Shown piece by piece: positions 63,830 through 64,000 of a stretch of 64,000 nt of DNA. The first letter of the stretch is position 1. The number at the start of each line of letters is the position of its first letter. The position numbers were made by a program, and so were the translations under genes. The stretch comes from Nymphaea colorata (taxonomy: Eukaryota), in the NCBI RefSeq assembly GCF_008831285.2, contig NC_045138.2, positions 42,408,001-42,472,000 of the forward strand, in the 5' to 3' direction. The notes under the pieces are model-generated. The model saw only the letters and a list, made by a program, of their open reading frames with translations, searched no databases and had not been told where the DNA came from.

Positions 63830-63950
63830 ATTAAAATCCTCTGGTCATCCGTCCATCTAGATGTCTCACATGTGCAGTCTGGTGTATTGGATGGGGCTCT
63901 CGATGGGAGACATTTAGATAGACAAATGGTTGGAAGTTTTTAGTCAACAT

Positions 63951-63952
<2 letters not shown>
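63826..63952. mobile_element. Short fold-back element embedded in (TA)n, copy 2
   Basis: Arms CATCCGTCCATCTAGATGTCTC / GAGACATTTAGATAGACAAATG. Flanked on both sides by long (TA)n. Confidence 0.6.
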
Positions 63953-63999
<47 letters not shown>

Positions 64000-64000
64000 T

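Overview
Repeat-rich, AT-rich flowering-plant nuclear DNA. Two host genes can be reconstructed with canonical GT-AG introns and consistent phases. (1) The last five visible coding exons of a fimbrin (actin-bundling, CH-domain) gene on + (11-4892); the gene starts upstream of the window. (2) A complete five-exon ankyrin-repeat/BTB-POZ gene on - (42619-36753, 580 aa, At2g04740/ABTB1-type). Almost everything else is decayed, nested transposon sequence: Tork-like and Ale-like Ty1/copia elements plus smaller copia remnants, Ogre/Tat-like Ty3/gypsy LTRs and an RT split by a 3.8 kb solo LTR, two Tekay/Del chromoviruses, two L1-type LINEs, three unrelated hAT-type MITEs each with a perfect 8-bp TSD, a hairpin element sitting in (TA)n microsatellites, a 90-bp satellite and many microsatellites. 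No TE ORF is intact. I found no convincing new biological system. The best leads are a putative 3'-UTR intron at the NMD threshold in the BTB gene, splice sites conserved across three diverged chromovirus LTRs, the microsatellite-embedded hairpin element, and several rearrangement junctions. Lineage names come from motif recognition by eye, not from database searches.
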